A DNA stretch of 64,000 bases from an uncultured Planctomycetota bacterium. GTDB taxonomy: Bacteria > Planctomycetota > Planctomycetia > Isosphaerales > Isosphaeraceae. The stretch covers positions 13,040 to 77,039 of the forward strand of contig CAWFXY010000047.1 of assembly GCA_963819805.1 (NCBI GenBank). Reading direction: 5' to 3'. The notes under the pieces are model-generated. The model did no database searches. It was given only the letters and a program-made list of their open reading frames with translations, and was not told the origin of the DNA. Positions 1 to 8,987 of the stretch are shown in pieces (position 1 is the stretch's first letter; every line of letters starts with the position of its first letter). Position numbers and translations under genes: made by a program.

Positions 1-687
1 GCCCGTTCCAGTCGGCCCATCCGCCGTGGTTCTGCATGTAGAGCCGGCCGGGCGCGTCCGGGTGGCCGCGCGATCTTGTGCACGCACTGACCGAACTCGG
101 GATACGGATCGGGCGCGAAGCCGGCGCCGACGCCCTGGTTGGACGCCATGAACGTTTCGCCGCCGTCCTCGCTCAGATAGTGGCCGCCGGTCGAGATGCC
201 GAGATGCACGCGATTGCCGTCGCGCATGATCGTGTGCATGCAGAGCCCGCCGTTGCCGGGCTGCCACTTGCGCGCGTGCTCGTGGTTGCTGATGCCCGGA
301 ACCATCTCCCAGGAATCGCCGCCGTCGCGGCTCCGGAAGAGCGACGCCGGCTCGACGCCGCACCAGAGGTCCTTCTTGCCGGTCCCCGGCTTCGAGCGAC
401 CAGATGTTGGCGAGCGCGCGCCCGTCATCCTTCGGGAAGGCCGGCGCCGACTTCGTCTCCTTGAACTTCTTGCCGAGATCGGTCGAGCGCAGGACCTTCA
501 TGCCGAAGAAGGGATTGCAGCTCGAGGCGTAGAGGCGCGGCGTGCCGCGCGTGTCGATCAGCGTGGAGTACACGGCCACGCCGGTTCCGAACGGCCCGCG
601 CAGCGCGAAGCTGCGCCGCGTCTTCGCCGCCTCGGCGACGAACAGGCCCTTCTTGGTCCCGATGGTGAGAATGACTCGTTCCGGCAT
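1..687 (-). pseudogene. BNR/sialidase-like beta-propeller protein, N-terminal part (runs off window start); two 1-nt frame breaks as assembled
   Basis: ATG at 687-685 opens MPERVILTIGTKKGLFVAEA...ANIWSLEAG. The conserved sequence then continues in another frame after a break at ~381-392: GKKDLWCGVEPASLFRSRDGGDSWEMVPG...GGLCMHTIMRDGNRVHLGISTGGHYLSEDGGETF...YPEFGQCVHKIA. A second break at ~60-74 leads to HPDAPGRLYMQNHGGWADWNG. Not in the ORF track because there is no in-window stop. Confidence 0.6.
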
Positions 688-770
688 GTTGAGACTCCGA
701 AAAGGACGGGCAGAATCGCGGCGACATACGCGACGAGCTCTGGTGATGACCCCGGCCGCTTCCCCCGACA

Positions 771-1058
771 TCAACCTCCCGAGACCGCGGGCAGGATGAT
801 GATCTCGTCCCCTGGCACCAGTATTGTGTCGAGCCCGTCACGATCGCGCACGTGGTCCGCGTTCACGAACAAGTTCACGTGTCGCCTCACCGCGCCCGTC
901 TCATCGCAGATGCCACCGTACAACGAAGGATGTCGCTTCTCCAGTTCATCGAGGACAGCGCGCACGCTTGGGGCCGATAGCATGAGCTCAGAGGCGCCCT
1001 CGCAGTAGGAGCGCAACGCACGCGGAACGTGGATCGTGATGTTCTTCGATCGTGCCAT
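771..1058 (-). CDS. MoaD/ThiS-family ubiquitin-like small protein (C-terminal Gly-Gly)
   Basis: 95-aa ORF ending ...GDEIIILPAVSGG with a beta-grasp-like pattern. It lies 83 nt upstream of the propeller gene and is co-oriented with it. Confidence 0.75.
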   Translation of the reverse strand: MARSKNITIHVPRALRSYCEGASELMLSAPSVRAVLDELEKRHPSLYGGICDETGAVRRHVNLFVNADHVRDRDGLDTILVPGDEIIILPAVSGG

Positions 1059-1246
1059 CGCATACCAACCCGTGAGCGCAGGGAGCCAAGTCTTTTTGCG
1101 GGTTCAGACAACTTGCCCTGCAGGTCCATCCGAGCTGATCAGGATGAAGGTGTCGCCGTCCGATTGTCGCGGCCAGCACTCCCCGTCGTTCGGGCGCCGT
1201 TGCGGGACGGAGGATCGCGATGGCGTGGTGTGACATCCCCCAGGCA

Positions 1247-1458
1247 TCACCCCTCAGCGCGGCCAAACCACGGGAGAATAGCCCGCATCGACGGTGAAAT
1301 CCACGCTGCTACCCGAGAGATCTGAGAGGCCGTGACGCGGGCCGCCGCGATTTCGTTCGGCAGGAACAAGACATAGCCATCAGCGAAGGCGGACTGGTAC
1401 GACGGGTCCAGGTCAAGCGCAACGCAATCCTCTTGCGCTCGCGGCCTAGGTCCGCCAT
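1247..1458 (-). pseudogene. possible ~70-aa hypothetical protein with one frame break
   Basis: MADLGRERKRIALRL (frame of ORF 1309..1491, ATG 1458-1456) continues protein-like in the adjacent frame. That frame reads DLDPSYQSAFADGYVLFLPNEIAAARVTASQISRVAAWISPSMRAILPWFGRAEG* with the stop at 1249-1247. The break is near 1410-1420. Confidence 0.25.
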
Positions 1459-1487
1459 GCTGATGTCGCCCTTGCCCCCGCCCCGGT

Positions 1488-2744
1488 TCAAAACGCGCGT
1501 CGCAATTCTCTGTTCACTCTGTCAGCCGAGAATCTCTCGGGGTCGAACCTGCCGCCGATCCATTCTTTCAAGTCCCCGTGGTCCGGGTGCTTCCTGTCGT
1601 TGATCGCTCCCAGGAAGGCGACGTAGCCCCAGGCACCGCCGCAGTCCTCGGGCGGGCATGCCCTGCCTCCCTCGACGCACCGGGGATACTTGACCTTGGG
1701 TTCTGGGTCCAGTTTCTTCTCAAGACGCACCTCGTGCCGCCAGGAGTCGCCGAAGTCGTACTCGTATACAATCCGGGACTTCTTCCTGCCGCTGAAGATC
1801 TGGCCGAGCCGGATGCTCTCCTCGTCCTTCATGTCGAGATCGCTCGTGGCGTGGCCGTAGCAGGTCCCGTTCAGGACGAACTGGTGCATGTGGCTGTTCT
1901 CCCAGCCCATGACGACCTGGATCACCTCGTGCAATTCGCCGAGTGAGCAGTCGGGAACCTCGACCAGACGCCAGACCGGCGGCTCGACGTCCGCCAGGGT
2001 GATCCTGAGCCGATAGATCGATTCGGTTGATCGGGCCGCCGCCATGGGCTCCATCGCTCCGGTCACCTCGGACTCAAGGCAGTCCATGAGGCTCTTGGCG
2101 CTCAGGATCAGGGCGAAGCCCTGCGAGGGTGGGGCGTCGAGCATTGCGTCGGCAACCGCCATCAGCAGCACGCCAACTTCTCCAACGGTGAACTTCGGGT
2201 TCTTGGCGGCGAGCTTCCTCTGGATCTTCTCGTCGATGGTCGGGGGCATCAGGAGCAGCACCCCTTCCACCCCGAGAAGTGGGAACCGGTCGACCGTCTT
2301 CGCCTTGATCCCGAGCTGTTCGGCACCGATCAGGACCTGCGCCGCCCACTCGGTGAGTCGAACCACGTGTTCCGTCAGTTGCTTCTCCGGCCGAGCGTCA
2401 TCGATCTTCAAAGGTCGGGGCGGCTCCTCGTCCGAGTGCGCTTCGAGCACGTCCTGGATCCTGGCGAAGAGGGCGTCGAGCTTCTTGCGGAGCGCCTTGT
2501 CCGTGGTGTGGTTGGCTTCGGCGGCGACATGGCCGGCGAGATCCTCCCAGTCGTCGAGCGTGAGCATGACCGGCGCGGTGGTCGCGGCGCCGCGGATGGG
2601 CTCGGCAAACTCCTCGTGGATGGAGATCGGGGCGTTCAGGAGAAGCTTGCGCTGGGGCGTGGACAGCTTGATCCCGACCTCGCCTTTCGTCCCCCTGGTC
2701 TTCTTCATCGCCATGACTCTCCTCCCACGACCGGGTCGACCCAC
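1488..2744 (-). CDS. pRiA4b ORF-3-like (PF07929-type) domain protein
   Basis: 418-aa intact ORF. The C-terminal half, IYRLRITLADVEPPVWRLVEVPDCSLGELHEVIQVVMGWENSHMHQF...YEYDFGDSWRHEV, matches the family signature. The true start may be the internal MAMKKTRG (~2714). Confidence 0.85.
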   Translation of the reverse strand: MGRPGRGRRVMAMKKTRGTKGEVGIKLSTPQRKLLLNAPISIHEEFAEPIRGAATTAPVMLTLDDWEDLAGHVAAEANHTTDKALRKKLDALFARIQDVLEAHSDEEPPRPLKIDDARPEKQLTEHVVRLTEWAAQVLIGAEQLGIKAKTVDRFPLLGVEGVLLLMPPTIDEKIQRKLAAKNPKFTVGEVGVLLMAVADAMLDAPPSQGFALILSAKSLMDCLESEVTGAMEPMAAARSTESIYRLRITLADVEPPVWRLVEVPDCSLGELHEVIQVVMGWENSHMHQFVLNGTCYGHATSDLDMKDEESIRLGQIFSGRKKSRIVYEYDFGDSWRHEVRLEKKLDPEPKVKYPRCVEGGRACPPEDCGGAWGYVAFLGAINDRKHPDHGDLKEWIGGRFDPERFSADRVNRELRRAF

Positions 2745-3011
2745 GCCACACGTTCAGGGTGACTTCCATGTCGCGCTGGTTGCTGCCTTCAGGTCAGACT
2801 CGCCAAAGGTTCCTCGATCCTGGCGATCGTCCCCTGCCGGCTAGCAAAGCATCTTAACCGGCATTGTCGCCAAGACTTCGCTCCACTTCGAAAGGAATTC
2901 GCGAACGCCACGGACGACTTAAGTTCGATCGTTGGATGTGGGTTTGAGTGTTTCAATCAGCGATGACCCGCTCGTTGAAAGAGCGCGCGGGCCACTTTCG
3001 CGAGGGGCCAA

Positions 3012-4061
3012 GTGATGTCGACGACCTTCAAGTCGGCGGCGGAGAGCTACGCCCGCGCCAAGGGCCTGTCCCGCGGGACCCGCAACGAGTACACCTCGAC
3101 CATCAGGAAGTGGGAGCGGTGGGGCGGCGGGGGGCCGATCGAGCAGCTCAGGCGCAAGGACGTCCGCGAGTTCCTCGACTGGGTCCACGAGCAGGCCGTC
3201 AAGGACGAGGGGACCAACCCGGGTCGCACCGCCAACAAGGCCCGCGAGCACCTCCGGGCCGTCCTGTCCTGGGCCTGGGAGCAGGAGCTGATCGAGGCGC
3301 CGCCCCGGTTCCCCGGGCCGAGGGACCAGCGCGACGTCGCCGGCCGCCACTACCTGACCAAGGCGGAGATCAACGCCCTCTACTTCGCCACTCACGCGAT
3401 GGGCCGGCCCCGCGGCTGGGACGCTCCCCTGCCGATCGGCCGGTACTGGCGCGCCGCCCTGGTCGTGTTCTTCAACTACGGCGTTGACACCGGGACCGTC
3501 TGGGAATCGACGCCGGCCCACGAGCCCATGCTCTGGCGGCACGTCTCGTGGGACCGGCATTCGCCCGACCGCGAGGTCAAGGAGCGGTCGCCGTGGGGCT
3601 GGCTGTTCTACCGGCGGGTGAAGACGGGCAAGGCGTTCCACCGGCCGATGAACCGGGTGGTGCACGCCCACCTCCGCGACATCATGCCGGCCGACCCGCG
3701 GCCCGACGCCCCGGTCTTCCTCGGCGGCGGGGCCCGGCCGAACGCCCGGTTCCAGGCGCTCTGCTCGCTCGCCGGCATCAAGCCCAGGCTGGACATCGAG
3801 ACCGGCCGGGAGGAGCCGTGGGAGCTGAAGGACCTGCGCAAGACCTGCGCGACGTACCACGACGAGCACGTGCCCGAGTCGTCGGTGGAGATCCTGGGCC
3901 ACTCGATCGGCGGGATCACCTACCGCCACTACGCCCACCGGGCCCCGCTGGCGTTCCGGGCGATCATGACGCTGCCGCAGCCGACGGCGTTCCAGGCGTT
4001 GGTGAAGGGAAGCGGTAGCGAGTGCCCTTGCTGCCGCCGAAGATACGCGGATGCCGGTTGA
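3012..4061 (+). CDS. tyrosine recombinase / phage-type integrase
   Basis: 349-aa intact ORF. Catalytic-region pattern is LKDLRKTCATY ... HVPESSVEILGHSIGGITYRHYAHR (H-x-x-R ... Y). GTG 3012 or ATG 3015 could be the start. Confidence 0.85.
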   Translation: MMSTTFKSAAESYARAKGLSRGTRNEYTSTIRKWERWGGGGPIEQLRRKDVREFLDWVHEQAVKDEGTNPGRTANKAREHLRAVLSWAWEQELIEAPPRFPGPRDQRDVAGRHYLTKAEINALYFATHAMGRPRGWDAPLPIGRYWRAALVVFFNYGVDTGTVWESTPAHEPMLWRHVSWDRHSPDREVKERSPWGWLFYRRVKTGKAFHRPMNRVVHAHLRDIMPADPRPDAPVFLGGGARPNARFQALCSLAGIKPRLDIETGREEPWELKDLRKTCATYHDEHVPESSVEILGHSIGGITYRHYAHRAPLAFRAIMTLPQPTAFQALVKGSGSECPCCRRRYADAG

Positions 4062-4083
4062 ATCGGGCGACTATACCGAAGCG
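3861..4083 (+). repeat. copy A of integrase 3'-end direct repeat (about 85% identical to 56841..57063), ending in 16-nt motif CGACTATACCGAAGCG (4068-4083)
   Basis: By-eye alignment runs from gacgagcacgtgccc...gcgttccaggcgttggtga... through the stop codon (4059-4061) and 22 nt beyond. Confidence 0.8.
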
Positions 4084-4324
4084 TCGTAGATGTCGGCGGT
4101 GTAGAACGCACGGCATCCGGTCGCCGTGGGCAGGGAGAGCCGATTGCAACCGCGGACGGCGGGGGCCGGAGGGCTGCGATGCCGACGAAACCGGTGCAGC
4201 CATGTAAGCGGCTGCGAGACGAGCCGTTCGCCCACCTGCGGGATGTGCTCCAGCTCGCAAGGCGATTGGGTTCTCGGCCGAGCCCGGGAGGACCAGCGGA
4301 TACGGGAAGGTTATACTCAGGGTG

Positions 4325-4444
4325 ATGCACGGCCTGTCCCGGGCAGGAAGCCAGGACGATTGGGAGTTCGCCAAGGCGCGCGAGACCGACGAGATAGACG
4401 CGGCCGATCTCGAGCAGAACTACTTTGATCGCATGGGGGGCTGA
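4325..4444 (+). CDS. 39-aa hypothetical peptide, translationally coupled to the next gene
   Basis: The ORF reads MHGLSRAGSQDDWEFAKARETDEIDAADLEQNYFDRMGG. Its TGA (4442-4444) overlaps the ATG (4444-4446) of the 305-aa ORF as TGATG. An in-frame stop lies immediately upstream of its ATG. Confidence 0.35.
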   Translation: MHGLSRAGSQDDWEFAKARETDEIDAADLEQNYFDRMGG

Positions 4445-5361
4445 TGGGGCATCGGAATGTGACGGCGGAGCTGGCGTCGCTCGACGAGAGGATCAACGCC
4501 CTCGTGCCGCCGCGGTACCAGCATTGCTACTCGGACGTGTCCCCGACCTCGATGGGCTCGGCCGGAGTCAAGTACGCCCATGACGGCAAGGTCGCCTGGG
4601 ACCAGATCTGGACGTCGTTCTGCGACCTGGCCCTGGCCGGCGGCCCTCCCCACCGGGGCATCCTCCTGGAGCCGGTGTCCGAGGCGGAAGCGAAGGCCGA
4701 TTCGGAGCGTTACCGGGAGGTCGTCGCGGAGATCGGCCGGGCCATCGGGATGACGACGGCCCTGGCTGTCGACGATGAAATCACGCCGGGCTGGATCGGC
4801 GTGCGGTGCGGGTCCTTGCAGGAGGCCGCCTGGCTTCAGTTCGCCGTGACCGCGGAGAATGTGTCCGCCCGGCGGAAAGGGTCCGTGCTCCAGCTCCCGG
4901 CCGGGCCGGCCTTCCGCGTCGAGAAGGAGATGAAGAACGTCGTCGTGGCGCTGGCCAAGTCGTCGCACTACTTCGACGGCCACCTGAGCTACACCCAGCA
5001 GTCCCTGGCCGGGGACGGCCTCTGGGAGCCGGCCGCCCCGAGCGAGGTCTCGGCCGATCCGGCCGCGTACCAGGCGGCTCTGTCCCGGGTACTGGCCGGC
5101 CTGTCCGAATCCGGTCTGCCGACCATCCCGCACCGCTATGTCGGATGGGTCGGCGTCGAGATACCCGGCGAGGAGGACGCCGTCTGGCTGCTCCGCGCTG
5201 TCCTGGCCGGGCGGGTGCTCGCGCGTCGGGAAGCGAACGTCCTCTTCCTCCCGGTCGGGGCGGCGCCCGACGCGGATCAGGCGGCCCGGATCACCTGGAC
5301 CTTCGACCAGGCCTGGGACCTCCGCAAGGCATCCTCGCCGCGCCGATTCTCTCGGCGCTAA
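4444..5361 (+). CDS. hypothetical protein (305 aa), family not recognised
   Basis: Intact ORF with a protein-like, non-GC-artefact composition: PPRYQHCYSDVSPTSMGSAGVKYAHDGKVAWDQIWTSFCDLALAGGPPHRG... Confidence 0.7.
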   Translation: MGHRNVTAELASLDERINALVPPRYQHCYSDVSPTSMGSAGVKYAHDGKVAWDQIWTSFCDLALAGGPPHRGILLEPVSEAEAKADSERYREVVAEIGRAIGMTTALAVDDEITPGWIGVRCGSLQEAAWLQFAVTAENVSARRKGSVLQLPAGPAFRVEKEMKNVVVALAKSSHYFDGHLSYTQQSLAGDGLWEPAAPSEVSADPAAYQAALSRVLAGLSESGLPTIPHRYVGWVGVEIPGEEDAVWLLRAVLAGRVLARREANVLFLPVGAAPDADQAARITWTFDQAWDLRKASSPRRFSRR

Positions 5362-5362
5362 G

Positions 5363-5396
5363 CCTCTCGGAGTCCGGGGCGTGTAGCTCCGAGGGG
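5363..5396. terminator. GC-rich hairpin between convergent genes (possible bidirectional terminator)
   Basis: cctctcggag (5363-5372) pairs with ctccgagggg (5387-5396), leaving a 14-nt loop. It starts 2 nt after the stop of 4444..5361 and ends 11 nt before the stop of 5407..5637. No U-tract. Confidence 0.25.
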
Positions 5397-5406
5397 AGCC
5401 AGTTGC

Positions 5407-5637
5407 TCAGGAGCGGGTCTCCGCTACCTCCGCCGCCACCACGCCCTCCACTTTCGCCACGTCGGCCGATAGCCGCTTCAGCCACGCCAGCGAGCGCCTG
5501 GCCGCCTCCTGATCGCCCTCACGACCTTTCAGCGCCCGCCGAAGCTTCTCGCGGACGGCATCGATCCTGGCGCGGGCTTCCTCGAGGTCGAGGCCGATCG
5601 TGTCGTCGGGATCGATCATCAGCCGGGCTCCTTGCAA
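5407..5637 (-). CDS. small hypothetical coiled-coil-like protein
   Basis: 76-aa ORF. The likely start is MIDPDDTIGLDLEEARARIDAVREKLRRALK (5619). Confidence 0.45.
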   Translation of the reverse strand: MQGARLMIDPDDTIGLDLEEARARIDAVREKLRRALKGREGDQEAARRSLAWLKRLSADVAKVEGVVAAEVAETRS

Positions 5638-5723
5638 GGGGTCCGGGTCAATGATAGGTTGGCGAAACCGAAGTCGTTAGATGGGCAGGCGTTTACCGTC
5701 CTCGACCGACAGGCGTCGGCCCG

Positions 5724-6596
5724 ATGGAGAAGCCGTCGATGCACCGAACGATCCGCTGCCACCTGGCCGCCCTCACTCTCGTTTGGACCTCGGCGGCCTT
5801 CGCCCAGTCGCCTACCGCGCAGCCGACGGAGATCCCGCTCTACCCGGGCGTAGCCCCGGGCTCGGAGAAATGGGACTGGCAGGAGAAGTCCGTCACCAGG
5901 CCGAACGGCCTGCCGATCGTGACCGACGTCGTGCGGCCCGTGCTGCTCCATTACCCGGCCGAGAAGGGCAAGGCCGTCGGCACGGCCATGGTCGTCGCGC
6001 CGGGCGGCGGGTTCCGGGCCCTGATGATGAGCTACGAGGGGGCGGACATCGCCAGGCGGCTCAACGCGATGGGCGTCGACGCCTTCGTCCTGAAATACCG
6101 GCTCATCCACGAATGGCCCGGTGCCCCGGCCAGGGAAGACGTCGTCAAGCTGGCGGCCGAGGACGGCCGGCAGGCCGTGCGGCTCGTGCGCGAGAAGGCC
6201 GGCGAGTTCGGCTACCGGCCCGACCGGGTCGGCATGATCGGGTTCTCGGCCGGCGGCATGGTCACGTCGGACGCGCTCTTCGGGCCGGCGGAGACGCGGC
6301 CGGATTTCGCGGCGATCATCTACGGGGCCCGCGAGGTCAAGGAGATCCCGAGCCCCGCCCCGCCGCTGTTCCTGGCGGTCGCCGCCGACGACGCCGGCTC
6401 GGTCGGCCGGACGGTCGACCTGTTCACGGCCTACCGCAAGGCGAAGGGCCCGGCCGAGCTGCACGTCTTCCAGATGGGCGCGCACGGCTTCGTGAACAAG
6501 GGAGGCGGCGCCGACCACTTCATGGACCGCCTCGAGGAGTGGCTTCGGGCCAACAAGCTGCTGACGAAGGCGGAAGCCGGGTCCCCGGCGTCGTGA
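5724..6596 (+). CDS. secreted alpha/beta-hydrolase (esterase/lipase-type)
   Basis: 290-aa intact ORF. Signal peptide is LAALTLVWTSAAFAQS, nucleophile elbow is GFSAGG, and an HGF motif lies near the C-terminus. Confidence 0.8.
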   Translation: MEKPSMHRTIRCHLAALTLVWTSAAFAQSPTAQPTEIPLYPGVAPGSEKWDWQEKSVTRPNGLPIVTDVVRPVLLHYPAEKGKAVGTAMVVAPGGGFRALMMSYEGADIARRLNAMGVDAFVLKYRLIHEWPGAPAREDVVKLAAEDGRQAVRLVREKAGEFGYRPDRVGMIGFSAGGMVTSDALFGPAETRPDFAAIIYGAREVKEIPSPAPPLFLAVAADDAGSVGRTVDLFTAYRKAKGPAELHVFQMGAHGFVNKGGGADHFMDRLEEWLRANKLLTKAEAGSPAS

Positions 6597-6629
6597 GTTA
6601 CGTGACTTCGGGAGTCGATCGGTCGTGGG

Positions 6630-6902
6630 TCATTCGTCGCCTCTCGCGGCGATCTCCCACGACTCCCGAGCCGTCCGCTCGTCCGGGTCGACGCCCCGGC
6701 CCGCCGCCATGGCCTCGATGCGTTCGATGTGATCGGACGTGTAGGCGAGCCGCCACGACCCTTTGTCCCGATCGGACAGCCAGTCCGACGCGTCCTGCGG
6801 GATGTCGTCCTGACCGTTTCGCCGGCGATCCAGCGTGATCGGGGACCCTATGGCCTTGCCCTACCTGCGCTCGTAAGTACGCAGCGACCGAGCTGCCGCC
6901 AT
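6630..6902 (-). pseudogene. small ORF interrupted by an in-frame TAG
   Basis: ATG at 6902-6900 opens MAAARSLRTYERR, followed by TAG at 6863-6861. The same frame then continues GKAIGSPITLDRRRNGQDDIPQDASDWLSDRDKGSWRLAYTSDHIERIEAMAAGRGVDPDERTARESWEIAARGDE* with the stop at 6632-6630. Confidence 0.25.
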
Positions 6903-6962
6903 GAACGACCGTATTCGATGATCGATCAATCAGTCGTCGGCTCTCTGATCGCCGCGTTCGGT

Positions 6963-7901
6963 TCATTCGGTCGACAGCGGCAGCCGGAGCTGGTGACCGA
7001 CGCCGTGCTCCTGCTCGGTATCGAATGAGGAGAGGGTCACGCCGAGCAGCCGGATGCCCTTGGTGACGGGGAAGAGGGGCTCCAGGAGCGTGGACGACGA
7101 TCTCCTCGAGCACGGCCCGCGAAGCGACCGGAGCGTCGAGCGTCCGGCTGCGGGTGATCTGCTGGAAGTCGGCGTATTTGGCCTTGAGCGTCGCCGTCCG
7201 GCCCCGGATCGTCGAGCTCTCGCAGTAGGACCACACCTTGGCGATGAGCGGCTCCAGGGCGGCACGGGCCTCCTCGGCCGTGAAGAGGTCGGCGCCGAAC
7301 GTCGTCTCGGCGCCGACCGACTTGCGGACGCGATCGGCGCAGACGGGCCGCTCGTCGATGCCCCGGGCGAGCGCAGAAGTAATAGGGCCCCGCCTTGCCG
7401 AAGTGCTCCCGGAGGAACTCCAGCGTCTGGCCCTTCAGGTCGCCGCCGTCGTGGATCCCGAGGCTTTCCATCTTCGCCGCAGTGACGGGGCCGATCCCGT
7501 GGAACTTGCCCACCGGCAGGGCCTCGACGAACGCCGGCCCCATCCTCGGCGTGATGACGAACAGGCCGTCGGGCTTGCGCTCGTCGGAGGCCATCTTCGC
7601 CAGGAACTTGTTGTAGGAGACGCCTGCGGATGCGGTCAGACTCGTCTCGGCGCGGATCCTCGCCCGGATCTCCTCGGCGATCTCGGTGGCCGAGGACATG
7701 GCCTTCAGGTTCTCGGTGACGTCGAGATAGGCCTCGTCGAGCGAGAGCGGCTCGATGAGCGGTGTGTATTCGGCGAAGATGGCGCGAATCTGGTGCGACA
7801 CCGCCCGATAGACGTCGAACCGCGGCTTCACGAAGATCAGCTCCGGGCACTTCCGCTTGGCGGTGACCGAGGGCATGGCGGAGCGAACGCCGAACTCGCG
7901 C
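6963..7901 (-). pseudogene. dinB: DNA polymerase IV (Y-family), 3' portion downstream of the IS insertion; two additional frame breaks
   Basis: The sequence resumes exactly after the IS: EFGVRSAMPSVTAKRKCPELIFVKPRFDVY...SLDEAYLDVT...GVSYNKFLAKMASD...GKFHGIGPVT...GKAGPYYFCA. A break at ~7357-7372 leads to RGIDERPVCADRVRKSVGAETTF...TLKAKYADFQQITRSRT...LEEIVV. A break at ~7086-7100 leads to LLEPLFPVTKGIRLLGVTLSSF...* with the stop at 6965-6963. Confidence 0.85.
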
Positions 7902-7910
7902 TGTAGCGTT

Positions 7911-8987
7911 TCAACCGTGGTGGCACAAACCAGCCTCGGTCGGAAGTAACGGCCTCCCCCCCTCCAGTGGCAAGGTCCCCTGTCGCAGTTGCAGGTTTCG
8001 CTCCCGGCGGCGATGCCTGGCCTGGGACAGCTTGATCCGCCGCTCCTCGAACCGCCGCGACGGCTCGCCCCGGTAGAACTCCCACGGCGGCAGGTAGCCC
8101 AACGCGCTGTGCAATCGCTCCTCGTTGTACCGCCGCACCAGCCGGGCCAGCACGCGCCCGGCCGTCAACAGGTCGGTCAGCTCCTCCCCGTCCAGGGCCT
8201 CGCGGAGCGTCCGGTTGGCACGCTCGATCAGCCCGTTCTCCTCCGGGCAATGCGGCCGGATCCGGTGATGCCCCAGGCCGTTCTCCCGGAGCACCGCGCG
8301 GAACTCCTTCGCGATGTAACAGCTCCCGTTGTCCGAGCGGATCAAGGGCGTCACCGCCGGCTTGCTGTCAGGCCCCTTGGGCAACGTCTCGATCGCCTTC
8401 TGCGCCGCCAGACTCACCGTCAGACCGTCCATCCCCGAGAGCAGCTCGTGGTGCACGATATACCGCGAGTACTCGTCGAGGAACGCCACGACGTAGTAGA
8501 CCCGGCCGGCGACCTGTACGTGCATCAGGTCGGTGCTCCACCGCTGATCGGGCCGGCTCGCCTTCTCGTCCTGGGCCTTCTTCCGCCTGGCCCGCCGCCG
8601 CCACGGGCAGACCAGGTCCGCCGCCTTCAGGATGCGGTAGACCGTCGAGGGGCTGAGGTACGCCACGTCCTCGTCGACCATCCTCCAGGCCAGTTCCCGA
8701 TGCCGCAGCTCGGGGCGCTTGCGGGCGAAGGCGAGCACGGCCTGCTTCTCCTCGGAGAGCGCCTCGTACGGCGAGACCGGCGGCGACGGCTCGGCCGGCC
8801 GATCCCCGGTCCACGCCTCCTCCTTGAGCCAGCGGTAGTAGCTCCGCGCCGCGACGCCCAGGGCCGCCAGCGTCTTCTTCGCCGGCCAGCCGCTGCGACG
8901 CCTGGTCTGTTCGACCTCCTCGTGGACGCGCCGCTGAAGCTCGGGCGGCAGTTGGCCGTGGTCCTCTAGCCCGAGCGCCCCTTTTTT
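7911..8987 (-). CDS. IS3-family transposase OrfB (DDE/integrase core), expressed as OrfAB fusion by -1 frameshifting
   Basis: The long ORF 7911..9290 is in the -1 frame relative to OrfA. DDE context is RWSTDLMHVQV, IRSDNGSCYIAKEF and PEENGLIERANRTLRE. No unprogrammed breaks. Confidence 0.85.
   Translation of the reverse strand, partial: KKGALGLEDHGQLPPELQRRVHEEVEQTRRRSGWPAKKTLAALGVAARSYYRWLKEEAWTGDRPAEPSPPVSPYEALSEEKQAVLAFARKRPELRHRELAWRMVDEDVAYLSPSTVYRILKAADLVCPWRRRARRKKAQDEKASRPDQRWSTDLMHVQVAGRVYYVVAFLDEYSRYIVHHELLSGMDGLTVSLAAQKAIETLPKGPDSKPAVTPLIRSDNGSCYIAKEFRAVLRENGLGHHRIRPHCPEENGLIERANRTLREALDGEELTDLLTAGRVLARLVRRYNEERLHSALGYLPPWEFYRGEPSRRFEERRIKLSQARHRRRERNLQLRQGTLPLEGGRPLLPTEAGLCHHG

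Noticed and set aside
2919-3938. Long antisense or off-frame ORFs in the track. Examples are 2919..3938 -, 4420..5133 -, 5619..6518 -, 16832..19126 -, 26380..27762 -, 37617..39092 -, 40437..42275 +, 50754..53189 - and 52391..53887 +.
   Set aside because: Their translations are Arg/Pro/Gly/Ala-rich low-complexity strings typical of stop-poor alternative frames at about 70% GC. Each overlaps a gene on the other strand or frame that has clear family motifs. A few do contain short stretches of real sequence where a frameshifted gene passes through that frame, and I used those only as pieces of the repaired loci.
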